A stretch of DNA of 64,000 bases from Methanolinea sp. (GTDB lineage Archaea > Halobacteriota > Methanomicrobia > Methanomicrobiales > Methanospirillaceae). How positions within the stretch are numbered: the stretch's first letter is position 1; the number at the start of each line of letters is the position of its first letter. Position numbers and translations under genes: made by a program. Shown here one piece after another: positions 27,452 to 38,448 of this stretch. Location: positions 47,443 to 111,442 of the forward strand of contig JASEES010000002.1 in NCBI GenBank assembly GCA_030019395.1, written 5' to 3'. Below the pieces are notes generated by a model. It worked only from the letters and a program-made list of their open reading frames with translations, made no database searches and had not been told where the DNA came from.

Positions 27452-27982
27452 ATGGAACTCCTTATTTTTTGGGATTCTGGTGCCCCGGCCGGTATTCAGG
27501 CATCATTCTGCAGGGAACTGGCGGCACTCCTGCCGGTTGTCCCGCGGTTGTGCGAAAATCCCCTCCTGGTGACGGGATACCGCCCGGAACGACGCCAGAC
27601 GGATGCATCTGTCCTCCTCGACTCACTGGATATCTACAAGAGGCGGTCGGGGGTCTGCGACCCCATACTCCTCGTCGTTTCCGAGGACCTGTGCCGCGAT
27701 GGCGACGAGTACCTCTTCGGCCTCGCCCGGCCCGAGACGGGAAACGCCGTTGTCTCGACATCGCGCCTCGCCAATGCCCACTACGGCCTCCCCCCCGACG
27801 AGGAGGAACTCTTCGACCGGCTCGTCAAGGAGGCAGCCCACGAGGTGGGACATCTCCTCTCCCTCGCACACTGCAGGTGCAGGGAATGCATCATGTATAA
27901 CCCCCTCACGCTCGAGGATCTCACGCGCCAGAAGAGGTGGTTGTGTCCCGTGTGCAGGGAACAGGTCCGCTCTGTGCTGTGA
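27452..27982 (+). CDS. amzA: Archaemetzincin (zinc metalloprotease AmzA)
   Basis: 176 aa. HEVGHLLSLAHC followed by CIMY...CPVC, i.e. the HExxHxxGxxH-type site plus the Cys4 zinc site. Confidence 0.85.
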   Translation: MELLIFWDSGAPAGIQASFCRELAALLPVVPRLCENPLLVTGYRPERRQTDASVLLDSLDIYKRRSGVCDPILLVVSEDLCRDGDEYLFGLARPETGNAVVSTSRLANAHYGLPPDEEELFDRLVKEAAHEVGHLLSLAHCRCRECIMYNPLTLEDLTRQKRWLCPVCREQVRSVL

Positions 27983-28081
27983 ATATGACCGGATCCGGAG
28001 CGGGTCATCCACACTTTTTAGTCATCCGGAACACATACTCCCTCACGTGCTTTCCGGAAACCGGAGAGGGGGAACAGGTAC

Positions 28082-28582
28082 ATGAGAGAGAACCGCGGGG
28101 GCAGGTCACAGGGCGGGGGCAGGAACGGGAAGGGATCATCCCCGGATACGACTCCCCTCTCGGACCTGGTCAGCGGGACCTTCATCAAAGTCGGGCCGCG
28201 GACACCCCTTGATACCTGCATCCGCCATATCGTTGGAGACCGGTGCAGGGACCTCTACGTGACTGATGAGGAGGGGCACTTCCTCGGTGTCATCACGCCG
28301 TTTGACGTCGTGGCACACCTCGGTCCGGGAATGGGAGTGCGGAGCCGGAAGAAATCGCACCACCTCGGGCCACTCCTCTCGCGGGATGACCTGTGTGCAG
28401 AAGACATCATGTCACGAGGTCACATCGCCGTTATGCAGGATACCCCTCTCTCCGAGGCCCTGCGGCTGATGGAGAAACACCACCACCCGGATCTCGTCGT
28501 CGTCAACAGGGAAGGAGTACTGGTCGGCATCGTTGATGTCTGCTCCATCCTTTCCTACCTTGCATCCGAAGGGGATTCCTGA
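28082..28582 (+). CDS. CBS-pair domain protein
   Basis: 166 aa. Two CBS motifs (LYVTDEEGHFLGVITPFDV and LVVVNREGVLVGIVDVCSI). Confidence 0.75.
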   Translation: MRENRGGRSQGGGRNGKGSSPDTTPLSDLVSGTFIKVGPRTPLDTCIRHIVGDRCRDLYVTDEEGHFLGVITPFDVVAHLGPGMGVRSRKKSHHLGPLLSRDDLCAEDIMSRGHIAVMQDTPLSEALRLMEKHHHPDLVVVNREGVLVGIVDVCSILSYLASEGDS

Positions 28583-29787
28583 CCTTTTTTTGGGGAAGAG
28601 AACCCCCATGCCAGGAGGAGAGGTGTCACGAGGACTGTTCCAATGATCACGATCGTCAGCGTGGAAAAGAGTGCGGCAGACAGGAGCCCGGCAGCCAGGG
28701 ATACTTTGACGACCACGAGGGCAACCTCTCCCCGCGGGCAGAGGCCAAGCCCGACAAGGAAGGATTTCCGGTAATTTTTGAAGGCAGGAAGGGCGCCGGC
28801 CAGTCCCCCGGCTGTCTTTGTTGCAAGGGCGAGGAGAAAGAGGGCAACAAGCAGGAATACGGAGAAGTGGGAGAGATCGGAGGGGAACAGGAGCCCGATC
28901 GAGGCAAAGAAGATGGTGACAAAGAAGCCGAATGCAAGGTCAAAGAGACTGTCGTAGAGGGTCTGGTCGCTCCGGATGCTGTCCCCGAGGACGAGCCCGG
29001 CAAGGAATGCACCGATGGCATAGTGGAGCCCTGCCCCGTTCGACAGGACCGCAGTCAGCAGTCCCAGGACGAGTGCCACCGAATAGGACATCTCGTGGGT
29101 ATGGGCCTTTTGCGAGGCTTTGAAGACCCAGACGAGAGCTCTCCTGCCAACAGTGAGGAGAAGCCCGATGAAGAGGGCAGCGAGGAGCAGGAGGACTGCA
29201 AGGTTACTGACCTGGCTCTCTTTGAGTGCCAGTGCAGAAAGGGAGCCAAGCAGGACGATTCCGATGGCATCGTCGATGACTGCTGCACTGACGATCGCGA
29301 GGCCGACATCGGTTTTCAACTGGTGGAGGTCGATGAGGGATCGCAACGAGACCCCGATCGAGGTGATCGAGAGCGTTATCCCGATGACAAGGGACTCGAC
29401 ATGGCCGAACCCGAGCACGAGGCCGGCAGCCGTTCCCCCGAGCAGCGGGATGATGACCCCCCACAGGGCAACGGAGAATCCCGTCCTGACGGAATTCCGG
29501 AAAGAACGCATGTTGAGCTGGAGACCACTCGTAAAAAGGAGCACGATCAGACCGATATCTGCGAACGTGCCGATGGTATCATCCATGGTGACGATGCCGA
29601 GCAGTGCGGGGCCAAGGAGGGCTCCTGCAGCAATTTCGCCTACCAGTGCGGGGAACCCTGCCCGCTCGACGAGTTCACCGAGGACTTTTGCCACGACGAG
29701 GACGATGAGCAGGGCAGGGAGCGTGTCCATGACAAAGATGGTTACAGGAACGCAGATATAAGGAGATTGGTATCCGGGACGAAACAC
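28555..29787 (-). CDS. Cation:proton antiporter (CPA2/Kef-NapA type)
   Basis: 410 aa with about 11-12 TM helices. GELVERAGFPALVGEI.AG..LGP is the typical N-terminus. Confidence 0.85.
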   Translation of the reverse strand: MFRPGYQSPYICVPVTIFVMDTLPALLIVLVVAKVLGELVERAGFPALVGEIAAGALLGPALLGIVTMDDTIGTFADIGLIVLLFTSGLQLNMRSFRNSVRTGFSVALWGVIIPLLGGTAAGLVLGFGHVESLVIGITLSITSIGVSLRSLIDLHQLKTDVGLAIVSAAVIDDAIGIVLLGSLSALALKESQVSNLAVLLLLAALFIGLLLTVGRRALVWVFKASQKAHTHEMSYSVALVLGLLTAVLSNGAGLHYAIGAFLAGLVLGDSIRSDQTLYDSLFDLAFGFFVTIFFASIGLLFPSDLSHFSVFLLVALFLLALATKTAGGLAGALPAFKNYRKSFLVGLGLCPRGEVALVVVKVSLAAGLLSAALFSTLTIVIIGTVLVTPLLLAWGFSSPKKGQESPSDAR

Positions 29788-29887
29788 CGGGTCCTGCAGG
29801 GGACCCGGCCGGCAGTCCTCTGTTACGGCGTGGTTCGATGAGGGGATCGGTTCCTGCCCGGGCGTGTTATCCTTGTGAACACGCCGG

Positions 29888-29932
29888 AAAAAATGTCAAA
29901 AAAAGCGTCCGTTTGAAACGGGAGGGAAAAAA
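29888..29932 (-). terminator. Putative terminator of the r-protein operon
   Basis: Immediately after the P1 stop, the minus strand shows T6, the hairpin CCGTTTCAAACGG, then T7 and T6 runs. Confidence 0.5.
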
Positions 29933-29937
29933 GGGTT

Positions 29938-30255
29938 TTACCCGAACAGGGCACCGAGCCCTGCCATGCCACTCTCTTCCTCTTCCTTCTTCTCTTCCTT
30001 GCTTGGGGCGGGTGCAGCAGCAGCGGCGGCTGCAGGTGCCGCTGCAGCAGGTGCGGGTGCAGCGGCTGCAACCGGTGCGGCGGCGGCCTTTGCAATTGCC
30101 TCCTCGATGTTGATTCCCTCGAGAGCGGCGACCATTGCCTTTACCCGTGCATCATCAACGGCGATACCGGCAGCGTTCAGGACTGCCTTCACGTTCTCTT
30201 CCTTGACTTCCTTTCCTGCCTTGTGCAGGAGAAGGGCTGCGTAGATATACTCCAT
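29938..30255 (-). CDS. rpl12: 50S ribosomal stalk protein P1 (aL12)
   Basis: 105 aa. [11 protein letters not shown], an Ala/Pro hinge, and an acidic tail [19 protein letters not shown]. Confidence 0.95.
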   Translation of the reverse strand: MEYIYAALLLHKAGKEVKEENVKAVLNAAGIAVDDARVKAMVAALEGINIEEAIAKAAAAPVAAAAPAPAAAAPAAAAAAAPAPSKEEKKEEEESGMAGLGALFG

Positions 30256-30283
30256 CTCAAGTACCTCTTTTCTCTTCTCTTTT

Positions 30284-31138
30284 TTAGTGCTCTCCGGTTA
30301 CCCCCCTGAGAGCAACGGATTCTCGGTAGGCTTTACCAATTATCGCATCAATGACGTCCTTGGAGTAGACACCTGCCTCTATTGCCAGGGACCGGGCCTC
30401 GCGGGCTGCCTTCTCCACGATCGGGACAGCAGTCTCCTTCGTCGGGATGACTGCGTTGACCGAGAGGTTGAAGGCCTGGACTGCAGCGAGCTGCATCTGG
30501 CTGTATATCAGGTCTTCGTCAATTGCAAGGACTGATGGCTCGTAGACGGATCCCTCGAAGAGCGCTGCCTGGAGGGACAGCCCGACATCCATGGGCTTGA
30601 TATCGAGCTTGGCGAGGACATCCGCGAGTTTTGCGCTGATGACCTCTCCCTTTTTCACAACGGTCCGGGTCTCCCGTATCTTGACCTTTCCGGCCTCGAT
30701 TGCGGCGGGTATCCCTGCCTGTTGCAGTTCACCGACGATGGGGCCCGGCTTGAAACTCGTGGGGCCCTTCTCCACAACGATATCGGCAGGGGCTGTCTCA
30801 CCCGGCTTTGCAGCCATCTTCGTCTTCGTCTTCTCCAGGGTCTTGTAGAGCCTGAAGGGGTTCTCATTGGTGAAGATGAGGGCCGAGTGACCGGACAGGT
30901 GCGGTTTCAGAAGCGCGACCGGCTCTCCCACTTCGTCGAATGCACAGCGGATGAGGGTGTTGCGGGTCATCTTGATCTTTGCCTTTGACCGCAGGTTACG
31001 CCTGATCTGCTGGAGCTGGCTTGCAGGGATGCCGTACATGTCCACGAGGCCGACGAGGGTATACTTCCCGGCATCGGCCTTGATCTCTTCGACTTCCTTC
31101 CTCTTCCACGCGGGGAGATGGTGCGTGTACAGGACCAT
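30284..31138 (-). CDS. rpl10: 50S ribosomal protein uL10 (P0)
   Basis: 284 aa. Conserved stalk-base sequence. Gene order is uL11-uL1-uL10-P1. Confidence 0.95.
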   Translation of the reverse strand: MVLYTHHLPAWKRKEVEEIKADAGKYTLVGLVDMYGIPASQLQQIRRNLRSKAKIKMTRNTLIRCAFDEVGEPVALLKPHLSGHSALIFTNENPFRLYKTLEKTKTKMAAKPGETAPADIVVEKGPTSFKPGPIVGELQQAGIPAAIEAGKVKIRETRTVVKKGEVISAKLADVLAKLDIKPMDVGLSLQAALFEGSVYEPSVLAIDEDLIYSQMQLAAVQAFNLSVNAVIPTKETAVPIVEKAAREARSLAIEAGVYSKDVIDAIIGKAYRESVALRGVTGEH

Positions 31139-31139
31139 T

Positions 31140-31784
31140 CTATACCACCCTCTGGGGCGGCCCCATGGTCGTCTTGACGTACACCGACCTGATGTTCATG
31201 GGTCCCTGTTCCAGGACGGATTCCACCCTGCGCAGCACGGTGTCAATGTTTTCCGCTATCTGCTCGGGCGGCATTCCCGTCGATCCCACCTTGACGTGGA
31301 AGGTCTTCTTGTCTTTTGTCCTGATCTTCACCGAATTGCGGAGACGCTCAATGATTGGCTTGATATCGGTCCCGGCCGGCACAGGCATGGGCATGCGTCC
31401 CCTCGGTCCGAGACGCGGACCAAGGAACCGCCCTACCTGCGGCATGACACTGGTATCGGCAATGAAGAAACGGTACATACTCGCTATTTTCCGGGCCTCG
31501 CGGGGAGCCCCTCCGAGTCGTTCTATCTCTTCCGGTCCGATGATCAGGTCCGCGCCTGCTTCCCTGGCCCGGGTGGTGATGTCACCCTTCCCGAGGACAG
31601 CGATGCCGACTTTTTTGCCGGTACCATGGGGGAGGAGAATCGTCTCATCAATACGATTTTTGGGCTGCGCCATGTCAATGTTCTTGAGATTGACAGTGAT
31701 ATCCACGCTCTCAGCAAACTTGCGTGAAGGCGCCTTTTCGATGGCCGCTTTGACAGCCTCTACTATTTTTGCCCTTTCCACCAT
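31140..31784 (-). CDS. rpl1: 50S ribosomal protein uL1
   Basis: 214 aa. FAESVDITVNLK and GKKVGIAVL are family-typical. Confidence 0.95.
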   Translation of the reverse strand: MVERAKIVEAVKAAIEKAPSRKFAESVDITVNLKNIDMAQPKNRIDETILLPHGTGKKVGIAVLGKGDITTRAREAGADLIIGPEEIERLGGAPREARKIASMYRFFIADTSVMPQVGRFLGPRLGPRGRMPMPVPAGTDIKPIIERLRNSVKIRTKDKKTFHVKVGSTGMPPEQIAENIDTVLRRVESVLEQGPMNIRSVYVKTTMGPPQRVV

Positions 31785-31838
31785 CTGTTACCTCCATAGT
31801 GCGCGACCATAACTGATCTTCTATGGTTTCTCTCTCGT

Positions 31839-32315
31839 CTATTCCACGAGGAGCTTGTCGTAGGTGCCAGCGTCGACGGCTTTCTGGGCGTCTTTGGCCC
31901 TCTTTCCATCGACGGTGATACCCATACTCACGCAGGTCCCGATAACCTCCTTGACCCCTGATTTCAGGTCATAGGAGAGCATATCGCCCTGCTTCATACG
32001 GGCAATCCTGACAGCGGCCTCGATAGGCAGGTCCCCGACGATCTTGACGTTGGGTTCCGGAGATCCCTTCTCGACATTGACCTCCTTCTTGATGAGGGCG
32101 GTGGTGGGGGGGACCCCCACGCTTACCGTGAAGTTCTTCTTGTCATCGACCTCGACCCTGACCGGTACCTGCATGCCGTTGAAGCTTGCGGTCCTGGCGT
32201 TGATCTCGTCGACGACTGCCTTCACGTTGATGCCGAGTGGCCCCAGGGCTGGTCCCAGGGGTGGACCTGCGGTTGCCTTACCTCCAGCAACTAATACCTC
32301 GACCACTTCTGCCAT
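31839..32315 (-). CDS. rpl11: 50S ribosomal protein uL11
   Basis: 158 aa. GGKATAGPPLGPALGPLGINV motif. Confidence 0.95.
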   Translation of the reverse strand: MAEVVEVLVAGGKATAGPPLGPALGPLGINVKAVVDEINARTASFNGMQVPVRVEVDDKKNFTVSVGVPPTTALIKKEVNVEKGSPEPNVKIVGDLPIEAAVRIARMKQGDMLSYDLKSGVKEVIGTCVSMGITVDGKRAKDAQKAVDAGTYDKLLVE

Positions 32316-32418
32316 GTGTGTATCACCATGCCGTCCCGTATGGGACCAAGCGTGGGTAAAAAAGGTTTACTCCGGCGGACTTAAAGGTATACCAGGGGAC
32401 GGGGTGCGGCAGGGTGGT

Positions 32419-32901
32419 TTAAGTACCCTCGCCCCTGTCCACGACCCTGACGTTGTCGCCCCTGACGGTGATGGGAATCGGGAGGACGCTCTCGTACAGC
32501 TCGACCGTAATCTCCTCCTTCCCGGTGTCGATACGCTTGACAACGGCTTTTTCTCCCTTGAACGGGCCCGCGATAAGTTCCACGATTGTCCCCTCGGAGA
32601 TGCCGCTCACGACAGGTTTGGGAACGAGGAAGTGGGCCACTTCCGGGAGCGTGGTCTCGCCACGGACAACAGTACGCGCATGGGCGACTTTCTCTGCGAG
32701 CTGCTCGATGCGGGCGAGGCTTTCCGGCGTCTCGACGAGGACGTAGCCTTTGAGTTCGTCCGGGACGATGATTGCAACGACCTTGATATCGGTTGCCCCG
32801 GTCTCTATGGCCTTCTTGATGTTGTCTGCTACCGTCCTCTCCTGCTTCGAGGTGGTCTTGATTGCAAAAATCCTGTTGACCTGCTCTTCCATGTCAATCA
32901 A
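32419..32901 (-). CDS. spt5: Transcription elongation factor Spt5 (NusG)
   Basis: 160 aa. NGN domain (IFAIKTTSKQER) plus a KOW motif (GPFKGEKAVVKRID). Overlaps secE by 4 nt. Confidence 0.9.
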   Translation of the reverse strand: MIDMEEQVNRIFAIKTTSKQERTVADNIKKAIETGATDIKVVAIIVPDELKGYVLVETPESLARIEQLAEKVAHARTVVRGETTLPEVAHFLVPKPVVSGISEGTIVELIAGPFKGEKAVVKRIDTGKEEITVELYESVLPIPITVRGDNVRVVDRGEGT

Positions 32902-33098
32902 AGCGCGAGGAGCATCAGCTCATAGATGATAAACCCGATAAGCCCCACGATGAGGACCCCGGCAGCTGCCACGAGTGCAATCTTTTGGAACTCCTCGCGG
33001 GTGGGCGTCCGGGCGAGCTTGATGACACGCCAGTACTTGCGGAAGAGTTCCTCGTTGATATTGAATTTCACATCCGGCTTGGCAATCTCCATGGTCAA
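32898..33098 (-). CDS. secE: Preprotein translocase subunit SecE (Sec61-gamma)
   Basis: 66 aa. An amphipathic N-terminus plus a single C-terminal TM helix, in the conserved position upstream of spt5. Confidence 0.8.
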   Translation of the reverse strand: MTMEIAKPDVKFNINEELFRKYWRVIKLARTPTREEFQKIALVAAAGVLIVGLIGFIIYELMLLAL

Positions 33099-34190
33099 TC
33101 ACTTCAAAAAGTCGATCTCGAATTGCTTCTGGACTTTGGGGGTAATTTTTTCATTCCTACCATATATTTGTGGCGACCGTACCCCGGTCACCACGAGCAT
33201 CGTCCGCATCTTGTTCTGCATGTTGGGGTCTATCTGCGCGCCCCAGATGATCCGCGCATCCGGTGAGATGCGGTTGTAGACCTCCTGGAGCACTCCTTCG
33301 GCCTCTTCCATGGTCATGTCCGGACCGCCGACAACGTTGACGAGCGCGGCGTGGGCTCCCGAGATGTCCACGTCGAGCAGGGGGGACCGGATGGCTTTCT
33401 TGACAGAGTCCGCTGCCTTCTCCTCGCTCTCGCTCTCGCCAACCCCGATCATGGCGACACCTCCCCGTTCCATGACGGTGCGGACGTCCGCGAAGTCAAG
33501 GTTCACGAGCCCGGGCAGGGTGATCAGTTCGGTGATGCCCTTGACAGCCCGCATGAGTACCTCGTCCGCGACTTTGAATGCCGCGTAGAGGGGCAGCTTG
33601 GGCACGACCTCGAGGAGGCGGTCGTTGGGGACCACGATGACCGTATCAGCCACGTCACGGAGGCGTTCGAGGCCGGCTTCCGCGTTCTCCATGCGGATGA
33701 CGCCTTCTGCCGTGAAGGGGAGGGTGACGACCCCGATGGTGAGTGCACCCTCGTCCCTCGCAGCCTTGGCGACGATCGGGGCGGCTCCTGTACCGGTGCC
33801 TCCCCCGAGGCCGACCGTGATGAAGACCATGTCGCAGCCTGCAACGGCCCTCTTGATCTCCTCCTCGTTTTCGAGTGCAGCCTCTTCCCCGATCTGGGGG
33901 ATGGATCCTGCCCCGAGCCCGCGTGTCTTCTGTTTCCCGATGAGGATACGCTGGTCGGCAACCGTGCGGGAGAGGTGTTGTGCATCGGTATTGATGGCAA
34001 TCAGCCTTGCCCCGTGGATCCCCTCCTCCTTCATGCGGGTGATCGTGTTCGAACCGCTCCCCCCGCACCCGATGACGGCGATCTCGGTCCTGAGTTCCTT
34101 GAGGATCTGGTCGAGATCCTCGTTGTTCTTCCTGGCATCCGGCATTTCCTGGCTTACCCTGGTCAGCGCCTCTTCTACGATAGACCTCAT
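33099..34190 (-). CDS. ftsZ: Cell division protein FtsZ
   Basis: 363 aa. Tubulin signature [15 protein letters not shown] and the GCGGSGSN motif. Confidence 0.95.
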   Translation of the reverse strand: MRSIVEEALTRVSQEMPDARKNNEDLDQILKELRTEIAVIGCGGSGSNTITRMKEEGIHGARLIAINTDAQHLSRTVADQRILIGKQKTRGLGAGSIPQIGEEAALENEEEIKRAVAGCDMVFITVGLGGGTGTGAAPIVAKAARDEGALTIGVVTLPFTAEGVIRMENAEAGLERLRDVADTVIVVPNDRLLEVVPKLPLYAAFKVADEVLMRAVKGITELITLPGLVNLDFADVRTVMERGGVAMIGVGESESEEKAADSVKKAIRSPLLDVDISGAHAALVNVVGGPDMTMEEAEGVLQEVYNRISPDARIIWGAQIDPNMQNKMRTMLVVTGVRSPQIYGRNEKITPKVQKQFEIDFLK

Positions 34191-35500
34191 ACGAACTTCT
34201 CCAGTCCCGGGATGTGAATGCGTCTCTCTGTCTTTGCGGTGACCATATCCGGAGTAATCTCCCTTCCACCCACGAGCACGGTCTCCCCCTTCATCAGCCG
34301 GCCGAACAGGGGTCCCCTGGGAACACCAAGGTCCTGTGCCTTTTTCGGGTCAAAAGTCCTCCTCCGGATGGTCAGACAGTCCTTTTCGATGGACGTACTT
34401 TCCCCTCTACGTAAGATGTTTACACATAAGCTTATTAAATGATGCAGTACGTCGTCCCTTTGCTCCCGGATGGTTATGAAACGGGGCAATACCGGCGATT
34501 TTGAGGTCGAGATCCGGGCAACCGGGACGAGGTCTGCACCTTTCATGAACTCTGCCGCGTTGCAACGCAGGGTTTCTTCGAGGAGGTCCGGGATGTGTTC
34601 GATGACGACGGGAGTGCCGTCCGGCCATTCACCGCAGAGGGTGACTCGTCCCCCCGGGACGATGTCCCCGGCAAGGGAGAGGATTTCCCGGTACGAATCC
34701 CACGAAAGATTCCCGATGTGGGCGAGGTGATCCTCCGTAATGATCGGGATGCCTTCCTGTGCAAGCATCTCCTGGAGAGTCGCCAGTTCTCCCGACGAAA
34801 GTGATTTCCGGTCGATGCAGGCTGCAACGGCCCCGGACTTCTCCCGCATCCGGCGGATAATCCCGGCATCGAGCGTGGGCACCTCCCGTGAATGCGCAAT
34901 GTGCCCGAATGCCCCCCTCGTCGTAAGTGCGATGTGGGTCTGCCGGGCAGCATAGTGCGTGCCGCCAAACCCGATCAGGGGAATACAGTCCACGGGGTCG
35001 GCAGAGAGCACACTCCGTGCCACCGCGAATCCCGCTGCCCTGTCCCTCCATTCCCGCTCCGTGCTGCCGACCTCGGCAAAGAAGGAAGGGGTGGAGAGTT
35101 CCGTGGGACCGTGGTGGGTCACCTCGTATCCTACGCGGTAGGGGTGCGGGGCATTCTTCGACAGTTCCCGCAGGACCGCATGCATCCAGGCCGGGGCGGC
35201 AGGGGCAAGGGAACGTTCCCTGCCGCCGAAGTCGGCAGATGAGATGTTGCCGGTGACGTGGACGGTCAGGACCGGAACAGGGTTGACCGATGAGTGGCGG
35301 GAGAGGAAGATGATGAGGTCTGCATCGATCTCCCGGTCGATATGGTCCTTGTAGATGAGCCGGTCCTCCACCCTGTGGTGGACGAGGTCGTGCCGTTCCA
35401 GGGGATACGCCTCGTGGGGGTCACCGAGGAGAGAGAGTAGGGCATCGTGGATGGTGCTGCCACCGGGGTCCCGGAGGGAACTGACGAGGGCGATCTTCAT
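34187..35500 (-). CDS. dtdA: D-aminoacyl-tRNA deacylase, archaeal DtdA family, long form
   Basis: Start set at ATG 35500 ([14 protein letters not shown]...). SRHSS, VHVTGN and THHGP are family motifs. Overlaps ftsZ by 4 nt. Confidence 0.8.
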   Translation of the reverse strand: MKIALVSSLRDPGGSTIHDALLSLLGDPHEAYPLERHDLVHHRVEDRLIYKDHIDREIDADLIIFLSRHSSVNPVPVLTVHVTGNISSADFGGRERSLAPAAPAWMHAVLRELSKNAPHPYRVGYEVTHHGPTELSTPSFFAEVGSTEREWRDRAAGFAVARSVLSADPVDCIPLIGFGGTHYAARQTHIALTTRGAFGHIAHSREVPTLDAGIIRRMREKSGAVAACIDRKSLSSGELATLQEMLAQEGIPIITEDHLAHIGNLSWDSYREILSLAGDIVPGGRVTLCGEWPDGTPVVIEHIPDLLEETLRCNAAEFMKGADLVPVARISTSKSPVLPRFITIREQRDDVLHHLISLCVNILRRGESTSIEKDCLTIRRRTFDPKKAQDLGVPRGPLFGRLMKGETVLVGGREITPDMVTAKTERRIHIPGLEKFV

Positions 35501-35678
35501 TGATTCATTCCCTATTGACCTGTGCATCGATAAATAATGGTCATCTATCGCGGAGAAGCCCCACGTCGACAACACCATGACCTCCCTGCCGGAAGGGTTT
35601 GAGTATCGAATGCGGGAAATTTATATAAAGCAGAACATAAATCAATTCACATCCGGTTTCTTACCGGGAGGTGGGTGT

Positions 35679-38315
35679 ATGGCACGAAAGGTGGCAACGA
35701 GTGTAACGGTAAATTCGAGGGTTCGTGTTATTTTCCCTGTTGCAATCGTAATGACGATGCTTCTTGTTATGCCGGCAATGGCAGAGACATGGACAGTCTG
35801 CCCTTCCGGCTGCAATTTCACGACCATACAGGAGGCGATCAATGCCGCGTCCGAGGGAGATACCATCCTCGTCATGGCAGGTGAATACCACGAGCATATT
35901 GTGGTCAACAAGACACTCACTATAGAGGGCGAGGACGCCAGCACCACTGTGATCAACGGAAGCTATTCCGGAAACGGGGTGACGATCGTTGCTGATGGGG
36001 TGGTTCTTAAGGATATCCAGGTCACAGGAAGTGCCCGATATATGCCTTATGACGAAAAATGGCCGGGCTATGGAATTGGGGCATTCAATACAACCGATGT
36101 TACGGTTGACTCCTGCAAAGTCACTGACTGCCAGGTAGGAATATATGGCTCCTTTACTTCGGGCTTCAGGGTAACAGGAAACGAAGTCTTCCAGAACGAC
36201 GTGGAAGGGATTTATCTCGACCACCCATCTCTTACTACCTGCTCGGAAAATACCGTGCACGATAACACCTTTGGCATCTACGTAGATTCGTCCGAGGGAA
36301 GATTCTCCTGCCGGAATAATACGATCATACATAACAAGGAGACGGGCCTCTGTTTCCTTGATGGTCTCGGAAACGCGGAAGTGGAAGGAAACCTGATACA
36401 AGACAATGCGTACGTTGAATTTGAGCAGCCGGGAGATGCCGGCAGTGCCGGGGGTTACTTCGCGTGGCTTGAAAATGCGACTATCCGGAATAACCGATTC
36501 ATCCACAACGGTGGAGTTGGACTCCTCATTGACGGGATGTCTGAGTCACTGGTTGAGGGGAACATTATGGAGGATAACTATGCAGGTTTCTCCTATCATG
36601 ATGATAATAGTGCACCGGGCAACACTGTCACGCTCTCGAACACTGTCGATGGCCTGCCTGTCCTCTACCTGGAGGGTGTTCAGGACAGGGATATCACGGG
36701 TTCGGAATATGCAACTATCTACCTCGTGGGGTGCAGGAATATCACGGTCCATGATATGGTTATGGCAAGCCGGAACGGATTTGGAATCCTTCTCCGGGGT
36801 GGGGAACACATCACGATCAGGGACAATTCCATCTCGAATAACCTTTACCAGAACATCCTCGTCAGCCATGTGGAGAATGCAAATATTGTGAATAACAGGC
36901 TCGAAGGTACCATGTACGGGGCGGGGGTCATTGGGTCGTCCTTTGTAAATCTGACCGGAAACCACGCGGTTGGGAATTCCAGAGGCCTTGCAACGGCATT
37001 GGAAAACGAGCATGTCTGGTTCTCGAACAATATCCTCGAAGGGAACAAGATCGGGTTCAGTTTCGAGGATGCATTTGGGGGAGAAATTTCTGTAACCGGT
37101 AACAGGATCGTCGGCAATGACCCCTCCCTCGATATTAGGGATTGTGGTATATTTATCTCGGATTCTGATAGAATCCATTTCTGGAATAATGAAGTCTCTT
37201 CTGTGTACCAGAGCGTGTTCCTATGTGGTGGCGAGATGAATATTTTTGAGGATAACACCATGAACAATTGCACGTATGGTATCGAATTAGCGCCGTACCT
37301 CCCCGTACCGGCTAAGTCAAACCGGGTAATCAATAATAACATATCAGCGGAAAAGATCGCGTTTTTTATCGGCTTGCCCGATACCTACGTGTACTCCAAT
37401 TACATCTACCTGAACAATTTCAGGTCAGTCGAAGAACCTCCCGCCATTACCGGAATTTTCCATCCGCCCGGGTGGTTTATGCCTGATTCCCCCGGCACAC
37501 CTCTTGCATGGGGGCTTCCCTCCTCTGGAAACCTTACTGCTCCCCTGGTACCTGAAACAGGAACGCCTTTTAAGGACAACACGTTCAACACTGAAGACCC
37601 GGTGTTCTACAATTATGGGGGAAAGACGTTTAAGGGGTATCTCGGGAACTACTGGAACTGGTATGCGGGGACGGACACGGATGGAAATGGCGTGGGGACC
37701 ACACCGTATCCCGTGAGAGTGAACAACACGGATCGGTACCCGCTCCTTGCACCTGTGTCATCTTATGAGATAGACCCGTCACCATCATTCCGTGCGGATT
37801 TCGATGCCAGTCCTTCCGTGGGCGTATCTCCATTGACCGTTCAGTTTACCGACCATTCAACGGGGAACCCGACCCGTTACCTGTACCGGTTCGGGGACGG
37901 TTTCATGTCCATGAGTAAAAACCCGGTCCATACGTATAACCGTCCCGGCAATTACACGGTCAGCCTCACAATCTGGAAGATGGACGGCAGGAAAATGGTG
38001 AATGCAACGACTATCCGTCCCGCCTTCATCACCGTAGAGAAGAAAACGGAACCCGAAGCAGAAATCGATTTCACGGGAACCCCCCTGTCCGGGAAAGCCC
38101 CCCTGAAGGTCTCTTTTACCGGCATGTCCACGGTAAAACCGATCCTCTGGAAATACAGTTTCGGCGACGGCTTCATGGCGACGCAGCAGAATGCCACCCA
38201 CACGTACCGGAAACCCGGGACGTATAACGTCACTCTCACAGTCTGGACGATGGGTCCCGATAAAATACCGGTTACCCACAAAGTGGAAAAAACGGGTTAC
38301 ATCACGGTGACATAA
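35679..38315 (+). CDS. Secreted right-handed beta-helix (NosD/PbH1-repeat) protein with two C-terminal PKD domains
   Basis: Start set at ATG 35679, which gives the signal peptide MARKVATSV...LLVMPAMA. The N-terminus reads TW.VCPSGCNFTTIQEAINAASEGDTILV, NosD-like. There are many G-N-x-I/V beta-helix rungs and two PKD units (FGDG...HTY..PG.Y.V.LT). Confidence 0.8.
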   Translation: MARKVATSVTVNSRVRVIFPVAIVMTMLLVMPAMAETWTVCPSGCNFTTIQEAINAASEGDTILVMAGEYHEHIVVNKTLTIEGEDASTTVINGSYSGNGVTIVADGVVLKDIQVTGSARYMPYDEKWPGYGIGAFNTTDVTVDSCKVTDCQVGIYGSFTSGFRVTGNEVFQNDVEGIYLDHPSLTTCSENTVHDNTFGIYVDSSEGRFSCRNNTIIHNKETGLCFLDGLGNAEVEGNLIQDNAYVEFEQPGDAGSAGGYFAWLENATIRNNRFIHNGGVGLLIDGMSESLVEGNIMEDNYAGFSYHDDNSAPGNTVTLSNTVDGLPVLYLEGVQDRDITGSEYATIYLVGCRNITVHDMVMASRNGFGILLRGGEHITIRDNSISNNLYQNILVSHVENANIVNNRLEGTMYGAGVIGSSFVNLTGNHAVGNSRGLATALENEHVWFSNNILEGNKIGFSFEDAFGGEISVTGNRIVGNDPSLDIRDCGIFISDSDRIHFWNNEVSSVYQSVFLCGGEMNIFEDNTMNNCTYGIELAPYLPVPAKSNRVINNNISAEKIAFFIGLPDTYVYSNYIYLNNFRSVEEPPAITGIFHPPGWFMPDSPGTPLAWGLPSSGNLTAPLVPETGTPFKDNTFNTEDPVFYNYGGKTFKGYLGNYWNWYAGTDTDGNGVGTTPYPVRVNNTDRYPLLAPVSSYEIDPSPSFRADFDASPSVGVSPLTVQFTDHSTGNPTRYLYRFGDGFMSMSKNPVHTYNRPGNYTVSLTIWKMDGRKMVNATTIRPAFITVEKKTEPEAEIDFTGTPLSGKAPLKVSFTGMSTVKPILWKYSFGDGFMATQQNATHTYRKPGTYNVTLTVWTMGPDKIPVTHKVEKTGYITVT
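37782..38312 (+). repeat. Tandem PKD-domain duplication (coding)
   Basis: Units 37782-38051 and 38052-38312 encode two about 88-aa PKD domains sharing F.DGFM....N..HTY..PG.Y.V.LT.W. Confidence 0.8.
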
Positions 38316-38448
38316 CCTCCCCGTTTTTCCTCTCCCTTTTCTCGGACAGGTAATGCTTCTCCTGCGGGAAAACTGTCCTTTCCTTCACTACCTTTCCGAA
38401 TCCCTTTTAAACGAATAAATCTCATAGGGAAAGGCAACCGGATTCAAA

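Noticed and set aside
29966-30090. GCN-rich quasi-repetitive DNA (gcagcagcagcggcggctgcaggtgccgctgcagcagg...) that could be taken for a microsatellite or repeat array
   Set aside because: It encodes the Ala/Pro-rich flexible hinge of ribosomal stalk protein P1 on the minus strand, a normal feature of that protein. It has no spacer/repeat periodicity of the CRISPR type.
31785-31838. Possible uL1 autoregulatory mRNA site between uL11 and uL1 (hairpin CCATA-N10-TATGG on the minus strand)
   Set aside because: L1 translational feedback is known in Methanococcus. A 5-bp stem is too weak, and I cannot show similarity to the 23S rRNA L1-binding site from this window.
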